Origin: Paraphysomonas bandaiensis
Lineage: Eukaryota; Protista; Chrysophyceae
Assembly: GCA_965644295.1 (NCBI GenBank)
Contig: CBFFRP010000002.1
Span: 62,001 to 126,000 of the forward strand
Direction of reading: 5' to 3'
DNA length: 64,000 nucleotides
Shown here: positions 1 to 9,951 of the stretch, one piece after another
Numbering within the stretch: position 1 is the stretch's first letter
How the letters are laid out: each line of letters starts with the position of its first letter
The notes under the pieces: model-generated
Seen by the model: only the letters and a program-made list of their open reading frames with translations
Database searches by the model: none
Told to the model about the DNA's origin: nothing
Position numbers and translations under genes: made by a program

Positions 1-1058
1 CTCAGCGGAGTCGGCTGAATAGTCACTGATTTTATCGTACTCGGTATGGTTTGAGTAACGACCTTTCTTGACTTTTCCATTTCTTTCAGTGGTTCTTGAG
101 TGGTCCATAACAATATAAAACTTCCGGTGCCTTCGACAAATTATCTCACTCTCCAAAATATCATCATAATAAGCAATCATTTGTTGTTCACTACATGTCT
201 GAAAAAAATCGTAAAAGTTAACGATCTGTTTGAAATTCCCTTCAAAATTAATCTTGATGTCATAATGATGATACCGCTGGATGGTCCCAGTTACTTTTAA
301 TTTCGTCGCTTTGTCAACAACATAGTTCCGAAATCCATTGTAGCCTGCCAGTGAAGCCAGTTGACCATTCGCATTTCTCAACATCATTTCAACAGAATAC
401 AATTTCTGTGGAGGCTCAGGCTGCTGCACACTCTGAAAGACTGAGGCTACAGGAGCAGCTGTGAACAGGATATATAGTGTAGATAGATTATATATTACTG
501 TACTGGAGGGTTGGATTATCATGTAGCAATAATATATAAACCATATACAAGCAATCGTCGTGTGATATGATCAGTTACTATATATAGCACATCACAATGT
601 CGTTTACCTTCTGAAGGAGCAGTTCCTGTGGCTGGAGATGTCAGAATATACATATCAAATCAAATATAAGAGATATGAATAATTAAATATACATGAGCAG
701 ATACATGTACCTCTACATGTACCTCACCCTAATCTACACATGCATATATCCATATAGCGAACGACTCGGTTAGATATGCAGCAATACACACAAACTGAAA
801 AAGTTCACCTCTCAACTTCTTCTCTTCACGTAACTCTTCCATTCGGTACTTATGCTCCTCCTTTCGGCGTAAACTTTCGTGTAATAACTCCTCCTTTCGG
901 TACAATCGTTTAAGTTTACCCCTCAAAATTTCGTTGTCATCGTCGGCTAATGCTTTGGCTTCCGCATCTTCAATAGAAGATTCCACGCTTCGAATCTGTT
1001 CATTAATTTGGCTTATTTCAGTCTCAATATGGTCTATTTCTGCACTGATATCACTCAT
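1..1058 (-). CDS. Spliced gene, 3' end beyond window: N-terminal coiled coil plus acylphosphatase-like domain (exons ~1058-809, ~631-608, 458-<1)
   Basis: Exon 1 is a heptad-rich coiled coil ending at a GTGAAC donor; phase-compatible GT-AG junctions lead into a stop-free frame from 458 to the window edge containing GFRNYVVDKATKLKVTGTIQRYHHYDIKINFEG, similar to the acylphosphatase motif GFR..V...A..L...G.V.N.....V....EG. Confidence 0.6.
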
Positions 1059-1304
1059 CTTAAATACAGTGATATCAACTATGATGATATGATGTATGTA
1101 TGTATGTATAGTCTGCAGAGCTCTTTGGTTTTGTAAGTAGAGTGCTTGATAATTTTATATGGAGACGTACGAAGTCGTGCTTGTTTGACCGTATTGATAC
1201 CCTACACTTCGAACTTCCCAAAGCAGTTGATAGAGGATGTTCTTTTCAGTTTAGTACTTGAAGTGACTGTATGAGATATGCATAGGGCACATAGAGTGAT
1301 ATAT

Positions 1305-1359
1305 TACTGTACGTTTCTGTCAACTTTTATCCACGCACTCGTTTTTCCACAAAAACACT
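1305..1359 (+). mobile_element. Solo/truncated terminus of the two-gene IS630/Tc1-like element (TA + first 53 bp of TIR)
   Basis: TACTGTACGTTTCTGTCAACTTTTATCCACGCACTCGTTTTTCCACAAAAACACT is identical to 5069-5123; identity starts exactly at the TA. Confidence 0.8.
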
Positions 1360-1542
1360 GGGTGACTACCTAAATTGCATAAATACATACAGTAAATGCA
1401 TAAAAAATCTGGGATTCAGACCCAGTTTATGCATATAGGATAGTTTGTACGAGGGGTCCGGAGGGGTCTCCTAAAAAACCATAAATCTGCATAAATTCAG
1501 TTTATGCAGCCTGTTTTTGTGCAATTTCTTGGTCCAGAAGTG
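1356..1542. mobile_element. Possible small non-autonomous element (CACT...AGTG ends, TGCATAAA subterminal repeats)
   Basis: Begins CACTG...AAATTGCATAAA and ends TTTGTGCAATTT...AAGTG; about five TGCATAAA/TTTATGCA motifs in both orientations. TIR imperfect, no TSD confirmed. Confidence 0.3.
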
Positions 1543-1759
1543 AGATCGCGATATATCGCGAGTGCGTTGATTTTCATAGCATTTAAATGTTTTTTTCTCT
1601 CTCGGAAGTTGTCCGAAAAGGGGTTCAAAAAGGTCTATTTGTCACATCTTTCCATTTGGTCATTCATGACTCTACTTTATAATATACATCACCACATCTT
1701 TTGAGATCATCTTCCTGAATCATTCATCTTGCACTGTGTCAAAGGATTATCACCAATGA

Positions 1760-2100
1760 GCGTGGTGAACTTCGAAGGCCATATAAAGAGCGATAAAGTT
1801 TCAAGCAATGTCCTGGTGGCAACTAAAAATCTGAAGGAGGGTCCATGTACACGCCTCCTTCGATTTTAGCGTAGCATAATGCATTAGACACGTCAAGTTT
1901 ATGGATATGCATATCAATAATAAACGCCAGTGCAATGATTAGCCGAACGGTAATCGATTCCACCAAAGAAGCAAATGTATTTGCAAGATCTATACCTGAT
2001 CGTTGAACATATCCCAGTATGAGATAAGCGATAAAACATATAATTTCACCTCTTTGACGTGTCTTGAGCTGGATTTCAGACCAACAGCTGCAGTGCAACA
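1760..2100 (-). pseudogene. Degenerate Ty1/copia reverse transcriptase fragment
   Basis: Translation ...TFASLVESITVRLIIALA...IHKLDVSNALCYAKIEGGVYMDPPSDF*LPPGHCLKLYRSLYGLRSSPR matches copia RT motifs (TFAPV..., H.LDV.NAF, VYM..P.GF, LKKSLYGLKQSPR) with an in-frame stop. Confidence 0.85.
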
Positions 2101-4446
2101 AGACGAGCATTGATGATAATTCACCTCTCTTGTCTGCAGTGACCAGAGCCATAAACGCCACAATCGGGCCTTTCCGTACCACGTCTCTCGTAGTCTTAAA
2201 AAAAAAACTTCGTCCGCGTGATACGATTCAATCAGATCGTAGTACTCTTCAACTGATGGATCCAGCGGGTCAGTTTTAACTATGGCCTCTTCAAGCTTCC
2301 CATAGTACTCCTTATCCCATGGGGTATACTTGTATACTCTAATCAAACAGGACCTTGACTGATACTTCTTCTGAGACATCAAGTCATGCAGGGCAGATTC
2401 GATATAAACAACTGCCTGAATGCTACGCTAAGTTAAGCTAGTTAGCTAGCTAGGTGCTCTAGATTGATTCATATGAACTTATATAAAACGCAATCTTGAA
2501 ATACATGGACTTTGCTTATTCTAATTTACTTGTACAGTTTTACACAAATTACCAAAAAGAACATGATTATTACCATATATATCGAATAGTGAAATAGGCA
2601 TAATTTTGAATATAACATATCTATACGAAATAATCGAATTAGAACGTCATATACAGCGCAAACAAAACAACGACATACAGTAATATTTATATTTTTCGAT
2701 ACATATGCCGCGTAAATAGGTATATAAGTACAACTAAACCAACATCACACATAAGAATTGCATATATAAAAAAATTCAAGAAAATTAAATGGAAATGATA
2801 AAAATGATTAAGTGCCAAAAAAGCTATCTTGATCCTACTTCCCGATGCTTATTTGAACTTTCTCTGATTTCTACATATCACCAAAATTACGTCAAATATA
2901 TGATATATGCACCGGCAGGTATACAGTTTCAAGCATCACACAGACCTTTATAGTGCACCCTTACAATTCCTCCTTCTGGTTCTGATCCTACTGCCACTAC
3001 TGGACTCTCTTTCATCCTCTGGTTGCCATTCCTCATAAGTGAAAAACGATTAGATGGTCATAAGTCGATGTAACCGCTAAACCTGTTGAAATTTCGAAAA
3101 AGACGATTTAACTTGAGCGTATGGTACGTATTGGAATAATTAATTCAGTAGGTGTGAAGAGAACATGTTTGCAATGACATTAATAAAATTATATCAATTA
3201 CTGATCAAAAATATGTTAAATGAAAAAGTTACATTTTACATAACATGTGTACTATAGTGCTATATAATACAAAGGTTATTGATTAGTTAAAAGTACTTAC
3301 AATCGACAATCAATCGATCTTCTGTCACGTTTTCCTGTAAGAATACATGCAGAATATACTGCACCAGTGTCAGTCAACTCCTGATTACATAGAAATAAAT
3401 GAGAAATAACAATACATATTATTATGTATATATATGACATTCATATCGCAGCATGTACTGCACGATTGTTCGAATATTTCCGTCGTTATCGACCTGAACC
3501 TCATACGTCCCTCTGCCGCTGTATGAGTGAACTGCACAACTTAGCTGATAAGGGTTCTTCACCAAAGCACCAATCTCAAACTCCTGCGGTACAATTTCAT
3601 TAGCACTTGTACCTTTATCACCGCTACCATTAGAAGACATATTATATCGGTAAAACTTCAGTGTCATATCAAAAAATAGAGGTGAGTGGTGCGTCGTTCT
3701 TTGCTGTGGGAGCAGCAGCCCACTCTGATACAGCGCAACGAATTGACAGCACTGAGCCTTTATACTCCACTACTGTGTGTCGGGGTCTCTCCTCTCACTC
3801 CTCGGCTATGGTGTCAATAACTTCACTGCTGAGGCACAAGCGGACAACACAAGACCAAGATATCGACTCCGGGACCAAATGGTTAGCTTGCTGGCACTCA
3901 CTAGCTTGTCACAGACCCAGAGCGAAGGCATGATATAAGTAATCTTGCAGGCAGCTTGCCCTCCCTTGCCTTGAAAGCTTATTCTGCTTATCAACTTCCA
4001 TCCACCTCCACAGTCTTATTCATGCGGTTGCTACAGTGGCTCTTGTTATAAGAGTGATACTACGTCAGTATTCACCGTATATAGTATGACATAGTCAGCA
4101 TCCATACAAAGCCGTTACCTCATCATAACACCTCTGATGACATCACACTCAGACCATTCAACGCTATTGGAGGACTGCCAATACATAGATAGACAGATAT
4201 CTGATTGCAGATCTCATTCACAGTCATATCAGCTGCGTGTGTGTGTGTGCTGCTACTGCTCTGTACTGATGTAGAGTGCCTTTCAACCCCCTCTATTCCT
4301 CAGTCCATTGAGGGTGCAGAGAAGAGTGTTGTCCCTCCTTTACAAGATCACCACATGATCAGGATACAGCAACATCTTGCATATCTATACACATGTACTG
4401 TAGGCTTGGACCTTTTTTTTCGCATAAAACCCCCAATTTTATATAT

Positions 4447-4547
4447 CATACATACATACATACATACATACATACATACATACATACAGCTGCTGTACAT
4501 ACATAAATACATACATACATACATACATACATACATACATACATACA

Positions 4548-4578
<31 letters not shown>

Positions 4579-5012
4579 CATACATACATACATACATACA
4601 TACATACATACATACATACATACATACATACATACATACATACATACATACATACATACATACATACATACATACATACATACATACATACATACATACA
4701 TACATACATACATACATACATACATACATACATACATACATACATACATACATACATACATACATACATACATACATACATACATACATACATACATACA
4801 TACATACATACATACATACATACATACATACATACATACATACATACATACATACATACATACATACATACATACATACATACATACATACATACATACA
4901 TACATACATACATACATACATACATACATACATACATACATACATACATACATACATACATACATACATACATACATACATACATACATACATACATACA
5001 TACATACATACA

Positions 5013-5046
<34 letters not shown>

Positions 5047-5070
5047 CATACATACATACATACATACATA
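4447..5070 (+). repeat. (TACA)n microsatellite, ~620 bp
   Basis: Direct reading; few interruptions (TACAGCTGCTGTA at 4485-4497). Confidence 0.99.
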
Positions 5071-5259
5071 CTGTACGTTTCTGTCAACTTTTATCCACGC
5101 ACTCGTTTTTCCACAAAAACACTCTCTCCACACCCATTCCGACGACTCTCCAATTCTGACACGAGCATTCCACAAGCATTCCATTCTACCCCTGGCGGAC
5201 TCAAATTATACCCACAACTCCATTACACTGTACAATATGTAACAATATGGCTGCAGCTC
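5071..5259 (+). repeat. Left TIR (189 bp), includes ATG and first 13 nt of the transposase
   Basis: Inverted identity to 8259-8447 ends after ATGGCTGCAGCTC. Confidence 0.9.
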
Positions 5260-6203
5260 CTGTATTGGATCTTTCTGAAGACTTCATTTATGATCATCCG
5301 GTGTTTCGAATTGATCACAGACTTGTTGAGCATGAGCCTGTTGAGGCAGAGGAAGGAATATCACAACATGGTTTGTCTAGGCATCAATATACAGTATTGT
5401 TTTGGTACAAATGTTGTTTTAAGGATACCACTCTGCTTGAATGCGCAGAGTTTCTGAGAATTGTTTGCAACGTGACTGTGAGCCGATCCACAGTGTGCAG
5501 AGCACTCCTCCGACTTGGTTTCAAGAAAAAGCATATGAAGTACATCGCCAAGTATCTTGACGAGAATGATAGAGTGGCATTTTGGGTCAATCCGCCTGAT
5601 CATTCACTGCGACCGGGTGTGCTTGGGGTTTATTATCGGGACATTGTGGACCTAGACGAAAGCGGCTTTTACGTCTCCAATTCACGGCGTGTCTGTGGTC
5701 ACTCTCTTGGGAGCACCTCAAGCAGTTCTATTGGAAACAAAGCCCGCATGCTGCCCCACTACTCATTGCTAGTTGCTATCGACGCTCGCAAAGGTGTGAT
5801 CAACAACATATTTTATCCACATGGCACAACTTCGGAGGTATTCTACCACTTTGTTGTGTACCTGTTAATTCCCAGTCTTGAGGGTACTGGGAGACGTGTC
5901 ATTACAATGGATCGCTTGAGTGCTCATTTTGGAGTTGTGGTCAAAGCTCTAACGGATGCTGGACATTATGTTGTCTTTCGTCCTGCTTCGTCCCCTACCT
6001 TTGCACCAGTGGAATGGGTATTCAGTTACGTGGACAAGTTTCTTCAAGAGCATAGTCCACAAGTCACGCCCAATTCATTAAAGTTTTGGTTAAGGACGGC
6101 TTTGGATACAATTAGTAGGTTTGACGTCAAACAGTATATGGCAGCTGCACACTTTTATGTCCCGACGTATCCGTACACACCTTACCGCGGTGAACAATCA
6201 TAG
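5247..6203 (+). CDS. IS630/Tc1-like DDE transposase (318 aa, DD33E)
   Basis: HTH DTTLLECAEFLRIVCNVTVSRSTVCRALLRLGFKKK; D1 in IVDLDESGF; D2 in VITMDRLSAH; E in PASSPTFAPVEWVF (cf. PxxSPDLNPIE); 33 residues between D2 and E; intact intronless ORF. Confidence 0.92.
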   Translation: MAAAPVLDLSEDFIYDHPVFRIDHRLVEHEPVEAEEGISQHGLSRHQYTVLFWYKCCFKDTTLLECAEFLRIVCNVTVSRSTVCRALLRLGFKKKHMKYIAKYLDENDRVAFWVNPPDHSLRPGVLGVYYRDIVDLDESGFYVSNSRRVCGHSLGSTSSSSIGNKARMLPHYSLLVAIDARKGVINNIFYPHGTTSEVFYHFVVYLLIPSLEGTGRRVITMDRLSAHFGVVVKALTDAGHYVVFRPASSPTFAPVEWVFSYVDKFLQEHSPQVTPNSLKFWLRTALDTISRFDVKQYMAAAHFYVPTYPYTPYRGEQS

Positions 6204-6729
6204 GGGTGCTATGTGGTTGTAGTGCACGTTGTGACTGCGCTGCACTTAGTATTTATTAATCTGGTTATTTATTCTTAACTATTCTAAATTATTATTCTTA
6301 AGTAATTTGGAACAGTATATTGCAATACCTTGCAAATGATATTAATCTGTTTAATATATTATTAGCTATATGTCGGTGGAATGCTTTTCACTTTTCACAT
6401 TGTAATTATATGATATGTTACTAGTTTCATACGAAATTGAAAGCGCAGTGCTCACGGCAATAGTGATGAGAGTAAGCTTGTGTAATTTGGGCTCAAAATG
6501 AGTCCATTAAAAATTTGGGTGAATGTGTGATTATTACACAGTTCTAGTGATGACATAATATGATTAATAATTAATACATTAATTAACAATAATAAAATTT
6601 ATATAAAACTTCTTGACAACGATTGAATAATAATAACAGCGAAAAGCAATAATAATAAAAGGCTATATCTGGAATCAGCAGGCTATAATAAGAAAACAAA
6701 CTAATAAGAAAAGACACAATGCTAAGGGT

Positions 6730-8271
6730 CTACTCCGGGAAAGTGCCATCTGAAGTGGGCTCCAGCTTCAGCTCATTCAAATCATGAACTAAATCAGGCC
6801 TCAACACAACCACCACCGCATTGACAGCAGCCACACAACCTTTCAAGTCCATCTCTGTATCGTGACTGTACGCGTTATTTGGCGACAGTGGAGCCGACAC
6901 TGGATGTAGCAGGGAAAAAATTCTGTCCGCAAGCCGCTTGTTTTCTGAGACACTGATGGTGAGGAGTCGTGCGATTGTTTCTTTGCAGTCCTCATATAAC
7001 ACCTGGGCCTCTCTTCCTATATTTAAAGCAACAAAGTGAGCGTACAACTGTTGTCTGAAGAATGTCAGGAAAGTCACAGTCTCCTCACGGGCCTGGAGTT
7101 CAACTGCACTCAGCTCAGGGGCACTGGTTGGAGCACAACCGTTCTCCTCCATGCGGCGTCTTTTGGCAGCCAACCCATCGTCTGCATTAGGAATGTCTGT
7201 AACTCCCTCCACATATTCCGGTGGAGCCGAAGCAACCGCGCGCACAGATGCGTCGTCCAGTGCCTTTCGTTGCTCCTCTGTTAATAGGCGCACAGCATTA
7301 TGTCGGGAAATGGTTGCAATCAAAGACTTAATCGGAACATCCATATCAATGGCCGCCTCAAGATTCTTCATGGTTTCAACTAATCGGTAGGTGGCATGGG
7401 GATGAAGTAAAAAAGATCGTTGGTCCGTCTGGTCTTTCTGGTGTTCTTCCCGAACTCTGGACATAACTGCATCTGATGCCCCGCAACGCTCAAGAAATCC
7501 AGGTGCTTGGCGCTCCAACTCTGACAGCACAATGTATCCATCCGGCTCTTGCAGGAGTTTATTCAAATGAATTAGAGCAAAGTTATTGACCTCAAAAGAC
7601 GCTCTAGTGCTGTTCATTCGAGTCTGCTCGGCCAGTGCATTCATGTAAATCTGTCGCCGCTTCTTATCGTACTCCGAGATGACTTCAGCATGCTGTGGAT
7701 ACTTAGGGTAGGGACAATCCGACCACGGATCAGGCTGAATCCTAAACTCAACACTATGGGGCGCCACATTGCATACGGGACAGCTACACTTCACTTTAAC
7801 AATTAAATCACAACCCTTGCACCTGCCCATTGGAGGTATGAATGTGGTGGCGTTGCTGATGGGGCAGTCGTGCCTTAATGCTGCTTGCAACTCCGCACTC
7901 GACATGCACACAGGACAACGAGTGCACTCCAAGCGATCATCTTTACTTGCTTTTTTCATCTCTGCGGCTTTGCAGTAGAACACGTCGTCCCTTTCTTCGT
8001 CATTTGTTATTGGTAGCCGTCGAACATCTTTCTTTGCGCGCACGTGTTTCAGGAATCCCTTCCAGATGGTATAATGATGAAGACACCCAGGACACCTCAC
8101 ACCATCTTGTGGTGGATTTCTTGTGTTCGATTTGAACCTTTCCTGCCCACCGTGAAGTACGGTGTGTTCTGGAACAACATCGCGGAGTGATGGGAGGTGA
8201 GCGGCCACCAAATTCTCGGAAGGAGCAAACACGAATATATCGCCACCATCGTGGTGATGAGCTGCAGCCAT
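6730..8271 (-). CDS. Transposon-borne 513-aa protein of unknown function: N-terminal Cys clusters/zinc-finger-like motifs, putative NLS
   Basis: Long intact intronless ORF inside the TIRs; CPGCLHHYTIWKGFLKH (C2H2-like spacing, second His absent), CTRCPVC, CKGC, CSCPVC; AKRRR; predicted helical C-terminal half. Confidence 0.8.
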   Translation of the reverse strand: MAAAHHHDGGDIFVFAPSENLVAAHLPSLRDVVPEHTVLHGGQERFKSNTRNPPQDGVRCPGCLHHYTIWKGFLKHVRAKKDVRRLPITNDEERDDVFYCKAAEMKKASKDDRLECTRCPVCMSSAELQAALRHDCPISNATTFIPPMGRCKGCDLIVKVKCSCPVCNVAPHSVEFRIQPDPWSDCPYPKYPQHAEVISEYDKKRRQIYMNALAEQTRMNSTRASFEVNNFALIHLNKLLQEPDGYIVLSELERQAPGFLERCGASDAVMSRVREEHQKDQTDQRSFLLHPHATYRLVETMKNLEAAIDMDVPIKSLIATISRHNAVRLLTEEQRKALDDASVRAVASAPPEYVEGVTDIPNADDGLAAKRRRMEENGCAPTSAPELSAVELQAREETVTFLTFFRQQLYAHFVALNIGREAQVLYEDCKETIARLLTISVSENKRLADRIFSLLHPVSAPLSPNNAYSHDTEMDLKGCVAAVNAVVVVLRPDLVHDLNELKLEPTSDGTFPE

Positions 8272-8447
8272 ATTGTTACATATCGTACAGTGTAATGGAG
8301 TTGTGGGTATAATTTGAGTCCGCCAGGGGTAGAATGGAATGCTTGTGGAATGCTCGTGTCAGAATTGGAGAGTCGTCGGAATGGGTGTGGAGAGAGTGTT
8401 TTTGTGGAAAAACGAGTGCGTGGATAAAAGTTGACAGAAACGTACAG
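8259..8447 (-). repeat. Right TIR (189 bp), includes ATG and first 13 nt of ORF2
   Basis: Reverse complement of 5071-5259. Confidence 0.9.
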
Positions 8448-9823
8448 TATGTATGTATGTATGTATGTATGTATGTATGTATGTATGTATGTATGTATGT
8501 ATGTATGTATGTATGTATGTATGTATGTATGTATGTATGTATGTATGTATGTATGTATGTATGTATGTATGTATGTATGTATGTATGTATGTATGTATGT
8601 ATGTATGTATGTATGTATGTATGTATGTATGTATGTATGTATGTATGTATGTATGTATGTATGTATGTATGTATGTATGTATGTATGTATGTATGTATGT
8701 ATGTATGTATGTGTATGTATGTATGTATGTATGTATGTATGTATGTATGTATGTATGTATGTATGTATGTATGTATGTATGTATGTATGTATGTATGTAT
8801 GTATGTATGTATGTATGTATGTATGTATGTATGTATGTATGTATGTATGTATGTATGTATGTATGTATGTATGTATGTATGTATGTATGTATGTATGTAT
8901 GTATGTATGTATGTATGTATGTATGTATGTATGTATGTATGTATGTATGTATGTATGTATGTATGTATGTATGTATGTATGTATGTATGTATGTATGTAT
9001 GTATGTATGTATGTATGTATGTATGTATGTATGTATGTATGTATGTATGTATGTATGTATGTATGTATGTATGTATGTATGTATGTATGTATGTATGTAT
9101 GTATGTATGTATGTATGTATGTATGTATGTATGTATGTATGTATGTATGTATGTATGTATGTATGTATGTATGTATGTATGTATGTATGTATGTATGTAT
9201 GTATGTATGTATGTATGTATGTATGTATGTATGTATGTATGTATGTATGTATGTATGTATGTATGTATGTATGTATGTATGTATGTATGTATGTATGTAT
9301 GTATGTATGTATGTATGTATGTATGTATGTATGTATGTATGTATGTATGTATGTATGTATGTGTATGTATGTATGTATGTATGTATGTATGTATGTATGT
9401 ATGTATGTATGTATGTATGTATGTATGTATGTATGTATGTATGTATGTATGTATGTATGTATGTATGTATGTATGTATGTATGTATGTATGTATGTATGT
9501 ATGTATGTATGTATGTATGTATGTATGTATGTATGTATGTATGTATGTATGTATGTATGTATGTATGTATGTATGTATGTATGTATGTATGTATGTATGT
9601 ATGTATGTATGTATGTATGTATGTATGTATGTATGTATGTATGTATGTATGTATGTATGTATGTATGTATGTATGTATGTATGTATGTATGTATGTATGT
9701 ATGTATGTATGTATGTATGTATGTATGTATGTATGTATGTATGTATGTATGTATGTATGTATGTATGTATGTATGTATGTATGTATGTATGTATGTATGT
9801 ATGTATGTATGTATGTATGTATG

Positions 9824-9854
<31 letters not shown>

Positions 9855-9951
9855 TGTATGTATGTATGTATGTATGTATGTATGTATGTATTTATGTATG
9901 TACAGCAGCTGTATGTATGTATGTATGTACTGTGCAGCAGCTGTATGTATG
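8448..9951 (-). repeat. (TATG)n = reverse (TACA)n microsatellite, ~1.5 kb
   Basis: Direct reading. Confidence 0.99.

Larger units (their letters stand above)
2630..5259 (+). repeat. Left arm of 9.1 kb palindrome (1.8 kb unique flank + (TACA)n + 189-bp TIR)
   Basis: Reverse complement of 8259-11768; mirrored ORF coordinates sum constantly to 14398 in the outer part (3422+10976, 4205+10193) and 13518 in the inner part (5247+8271). Confidence 0.97.
5071..8447. mobile_element. IS630/Tc1/mariner-superfamily DNA transposon, 3377 bp, 189-bp TIRs, TA flanks, two convergent ORFs
   Basis: TA|CTGTACG...CGTACAG|TA; TIRs 5071-5259 and 8259-8447 (one mismatch seen); DDE transposase inside; terminus position corroborated by the solo copy at 1305-1359. 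Confidence 0.85.

Noticed and set aside
6730-8271. ORF2 as a Fanzor/TnpB nuclease
   Set aside because: No RuvC I/II/III motifs seen; Cys clusters are N-terminal rather than between RuvC-II and RuvC-III.
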